In this document: positions 45,268 through 47,950 of the stretch, one piece after another
Layout of the letters: every line of letters starts with the position of its first letter
Position numbering within the stretch: the first letter of the stretch is position 1
DNA from: a virus
Taxonomy: Duplodnaviria > Caudoviricetes
Direction: 5' to 3' (one strand)
IMG/VR virus record: IMGVR_UViG_3300037721_000049
Coordinates: 1 to 47,950 of that record
Length of the DNA: 47,950 nt
The notes under the pieces: model-generated
What the model was told of the DNA's origin: nothing
What the model saw: the letters and a program-made list of their open reading frames with translations, nothing else
The model's database searches: none
Position numbers and translations under genes: made by a program

Positions 45268-46503
45268 ATGGCAAGCGCAACGCGTCGGCGAATCGGGGGA
45301 CGTCGTCGTAGTGTCGCGCTCTCGTTTCTTGCGATTGCGGAAACGCCGCCCACCGAGTTTCGGATCTTTGCCGCCGGCAAAAGCACGACGAGCAAGGGCG
45401 AATACATTTTTGACGAGCAAGCCGCCCGCGATGTCATGGCGGCATACGAGGCGCATGGCGCCGATTTGATGATCGACCTCGAGCATCTGTCGGTTTCGGA
45501 CCCGGACCGCTCGATCAATTTCGATCCCGATGCGAGAGGTTGGGCAAAGCTCGAGCTCCGAAACGGCGAGCTTTGGGCGGTGCAAGTGTCATGGACGCCC
45601 GACGGTCTCGCGCGCTTGACCGAGCGCCGACAGCGCTACGTCTCGCCATGTTTTGCCTACGACCCCGACACGTTGCGGATAACCGAGATCCTCAACGTTG
45701 CGATCACTTCATTGCCGGCAACCGACAATCTCGAGCCATTGATCGCGGCATCGCGTCGCGTCGAACGTCTCGCCCTAGCGGAGAACACACCGATGACACA
45801 AGAAGAGTTTCAGAAAATCGCCGAGGTTCTCGAGCTCGGCGCCGATGCCTCGGTCGAGGATGTCATCGCGACATTGACCGAGATGGTCAACAAGTTGAAA
45901 GGCGCCGCCAACGGCGAATCGCCGAGCGACGCCGCCGAGGAGCCGATTACCGCCGCCGTCGAGGCGGTCCCCGCTGTCGCCGCCGCCCGCAAGCTCGGAG
46001 CCGCCGCGCGCGCGCTCGTCAAGCTGTCGGGCAAGAAAGACATCGGCGAGAGCATCGCCGAAATCAAGACGTGGCATGAGTCGCACCTTTCGCAAGAGCA
46101 AGAGCGCGCCAAGCTCGCCAAGGATCGCGAGGTCCTCGAGTCGAGCGAGCGTCGCCGCCTGGTCGGCTCTCTCGTCGCGCTCGGCAATGAGATCCCCGCG
46201 ACCGCATGGGAGGATCCGCTTGACCCCACCGTTCCCGCGGAGCCGTGGAAATCGATGCCGATGGATAAGCTCCGCGCTCGCGTTGCCAAGCTCACGCAAG
46301 CCAAGGGCAGCGCGAGCGGCGCCGCCGCTCCCCGACCCGCACCGCTCGCCGCCGAGCGAGGGGGCAAGGCGGTCGCCGTCAATGGCGAGACCGTCGAGCT
46401 ATCGGCGCGCGAGGTCACGATCTGCGAGGAGCAGAAAGTAAAGCTCGAGGACTACGCCGCCAACAAATTGATCCGATTGCGCGCGCAAAAAGCGGCGAGC
46501 TAA
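45268..46503 (+). CDS. Mu gpI-like prohead protease with C-terminal scaffold
   Basis: MIDLEH, ARGW, VSWT, RYVSP, AITSLPA; internal ATG 45793 with GGAGAA RBS. Confidence 0.85.
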   Translation: MASATRRRIGGRRRSVALSFLAIAETPPTEFRIFAAGKSTTSKGEYIFDEQAARDVMAAYEAHGADLMIDLEHLSVSDPDRSINFDPDARGWAKLELRNGELWAVQVSWTPDGLARLTERRQRYVSPCFAYDPDTLRITEILNVAITSLPATDNLEPLIAASRRVERLALAENTPMTQEEFQKIAEVLELGADASVEDVIATLTEMVNKLKGAANGESPSDAAEEPITAAVEAVPAVAAARKLGAAARALVKLSGKKDIGESIAEIKTWHESHLSQEQERAKLAKDREVLESSERRRLVGSLVALGNEIPATAWEDPLDPTVPAEPWKSMPMDKLRARVAKLTQAKGSASGAAAPRPAPLAAERGGKAVAVNGETVELSAREVTICEEQKVKLEDYAANKLIRLRAQKAAS

Positions 46504-46524
46504 CGGGAGACTCCGGGGGAAACC

Positions 46525-46971
46525 ATGGCCAACGCAACGTCGAATCTCGTTCGCATTACCATCGGCAAAGAGGGGTACATATTCAATCTCCCCGTTGACG
46601 GCGGCACCCATATTTATGAAGGCACGCTCGTCTCGCAATTGACAGCGACCGGAATGGTCGTGCCGCATTCGACCGCGGGATCGGGTTGGTGCACGGGCGT
46701 TGCTCAACATGAGCAAGACAACTCGGCGGGCGCGGACGGAGCAAAACGCGTTTGGGTCGAATCCGGTCGCGCTTTCGCTTTTACGAACGGCGCGGGCGGC
46801 GACGCGTTTGCCGATACCGATCTCATCGGCATCCCGGTCTATGCGAGCGACGATCACACGATCGCGAAAGCGGCAACCGGCGAGCCGATCGGTTGGTTTT
46901 TGGGATTCGAGGCGGATGGCAAGGTCCGAGTGTTTATCGATCCCGCAATGGCGCGGTTTCTAGGCGTTTGA
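46525..46971 (+). CDS. Capsid decoration/cement protein
   Basis: IYEGTLV, GVAQHEQDNSAG, VYASDDHT; between protease and capsid. Confidence 0.65.
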   Translation: MANATSNLVRITIGKEGYIFNLPVDGGTHIYEGTLVSQLTATGMVVPHSTAGSGWCTGVAQHEQDNSAGADGAKRVWVESGRAFAFTNGAGGDAFADTDLIGIPVYASDDHTIAKAATGEPIGWFLGFEADGKVRVFIDPAMARFLGV

Positions 46972-46981
46972 GGGGGATGAC

Positions 46982-47950
46982 ATGGCAAGCCTTTATACAA
47001 GCGAAATGCTCCCGTCGAATTCGGAGCAAGCGATCCGTATATTCGATGAGCGTTACCTAGCGGGGATCTCGACCGTCGAGCCGCCCAATTGGGTCTCGGA
47101 GCTCGGCGAGGTCGTGAGTTTGGACGCGCCGCGCGTGACATTCCCGATGTCGTTTCTCTCCACGAAATACGTCGAGACGCGCGAGCAGAGCGGGCGCTTT
47201 AAGACGATGCAAGACAAGACGTTCGATCTCAAGGTCGTCGAGTACGACGCCGGTTATGAGGTCGAGCTCATCTATCTCAAGACCAACGTTTGGGCGTACC
47301 GCAATTGGCAACAAGTGCCGGCGCGCTTTCTCACCGCGGAAAGGCGGCATGTCAATCGCGCCATCGCGCTCGCGCTCGAGGCGGGAACGACGGACATTTC
47401 GCCATGGGATGACGTCGCGTTTTTCAGTGCGGCGCACAAGGCAAACCCGGGTAGCGATCCGTCGACGACTTGGAGTAACTACCAAGCCGCCGCGAAAGAC
47501 GTGACCGACGTTTCGGCGATCATGGCGGAGATCACGCTCATGAAAGGCGCTCTCGACGAAAACGGCGAGAAGATGCCGATCGATCCCGATCTCATCATCG
47601 TCCCGTCGGGCAAGGCGGAGGCGCTGCGTTTCTCGCTCGCGCAACAACTGATCTTGCAAGGCGTCGCGACCGCGCCGACGAGTAATCCCTATTTCGGGAG
47701 CCGCTTTCGCATCCTCGAGGTTCCCGAGCTCACCGATCCGAACGACTGGTACCTCGTCGATACCAAGCTCATGAGGCAACACGGCGTGCCGCTATGGGTT
47801 GCCGCCAAGTACCAGGCGCCGACCGATCTCGGGCTCCGGTTTTTCGATGAGTCGTCCGACTACTTTAAAAACACCGGCAAGATCAAGGTGAGCTCCCACG
47901 TGTGGTATGGATTTAAGCTTTTGTTCCCCCACGCTGTCCGACGAGTGACG
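46982..47950 (+). CDS. Mu gpT-like major capsid protein (3' end runs off the window)
   Basis: Read by hand (absent from the ORF track): MASLYTSEML...WDDVAFFSAAH...PDLIIVP...NDWYLVDT...; open for 323 codons to the window end. Confidence 0.85.
   Translation, partial: MASLYTSEMLPSNSEQAIRIFDERYLAGISTVEPPNWVSELGEVVSLDAPRVTFPMSFLSTKYVETREQSGRFKTMQDKTFDLKVVEYDAGYEVELIYLKTNVWAYRNWQQVPARFLTAERRHVNRAIALALEAGTTDISPWDDVAFFSAAHKANPGSDPSTTWSNYQAAAKDVTDVSAIMAEITLMKGALDENGEKMPIDPDLIIVPSGKAEALRFSLAQQLILQGVATAPTSNPYFGSRFRILEVPELTDPNDWYLVDTKLMRQHGVPLWVAAKYQAPTDLGLRFFDESSDYFKNTGKIKVSSHVWYGFKLLFPHAVRRVT

Noticed and set aside
47930-47950. Direct join of window end to window start
   Set aside because: Joining them gives no capsid stop before the terminator and I saw no terminal overlap, so a short gap probably remains.

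Overview
A near-complete, high-GC temperate myovirus genome of about 48 kb, circularly permuted. The window ends inside the major capsid gene and opens with a terminator followed by head-tail and tail genes. Modules in order: neck, contractile tail and baseplate (66-10708); fibre and accessory virion genes (10709-13967); lysis/envelope cluster (13967-17644); small accessory genes (17641-22411); tyrosine integrase with an intact attP (tRNA 3'-end-like core plus arm repeats) inside its own coding sequence (22449-24215); leftward early operon (24240-29010); repressor/Cro switch (29709-30697); nuclease, two DNA methyltransferases, replication genes and RuvC (30904-39647); packaging and Mu-like head genes (40258-47950). 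The host is probably a myxobacterium (inferred only). The most striking element lies in the early-left operon. A stand-alone RAMP/Cas7-like gene (26247-26936) and a translationally coupled partner gene (25789-26247) are followed directly by a ~530-nt non-coding array (25258-25785). The array is built from 5-nt GGC-NN periods and cut into about 10 units by GGCAGGC junctions, and is followed by a 12-bp hairpin. This is a candidate non-CRISPR RNA-guided system whose information sits in the variable dinucleotides. Also notable: two HNH endonuclease genes overprinted inside other open frames (out of frame within the terminase intein; antisense within a methyltransferase), an inverted portal gene, and a -1 frameshift tail chaperone. 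All product calls come from motif recognition, not database searches.
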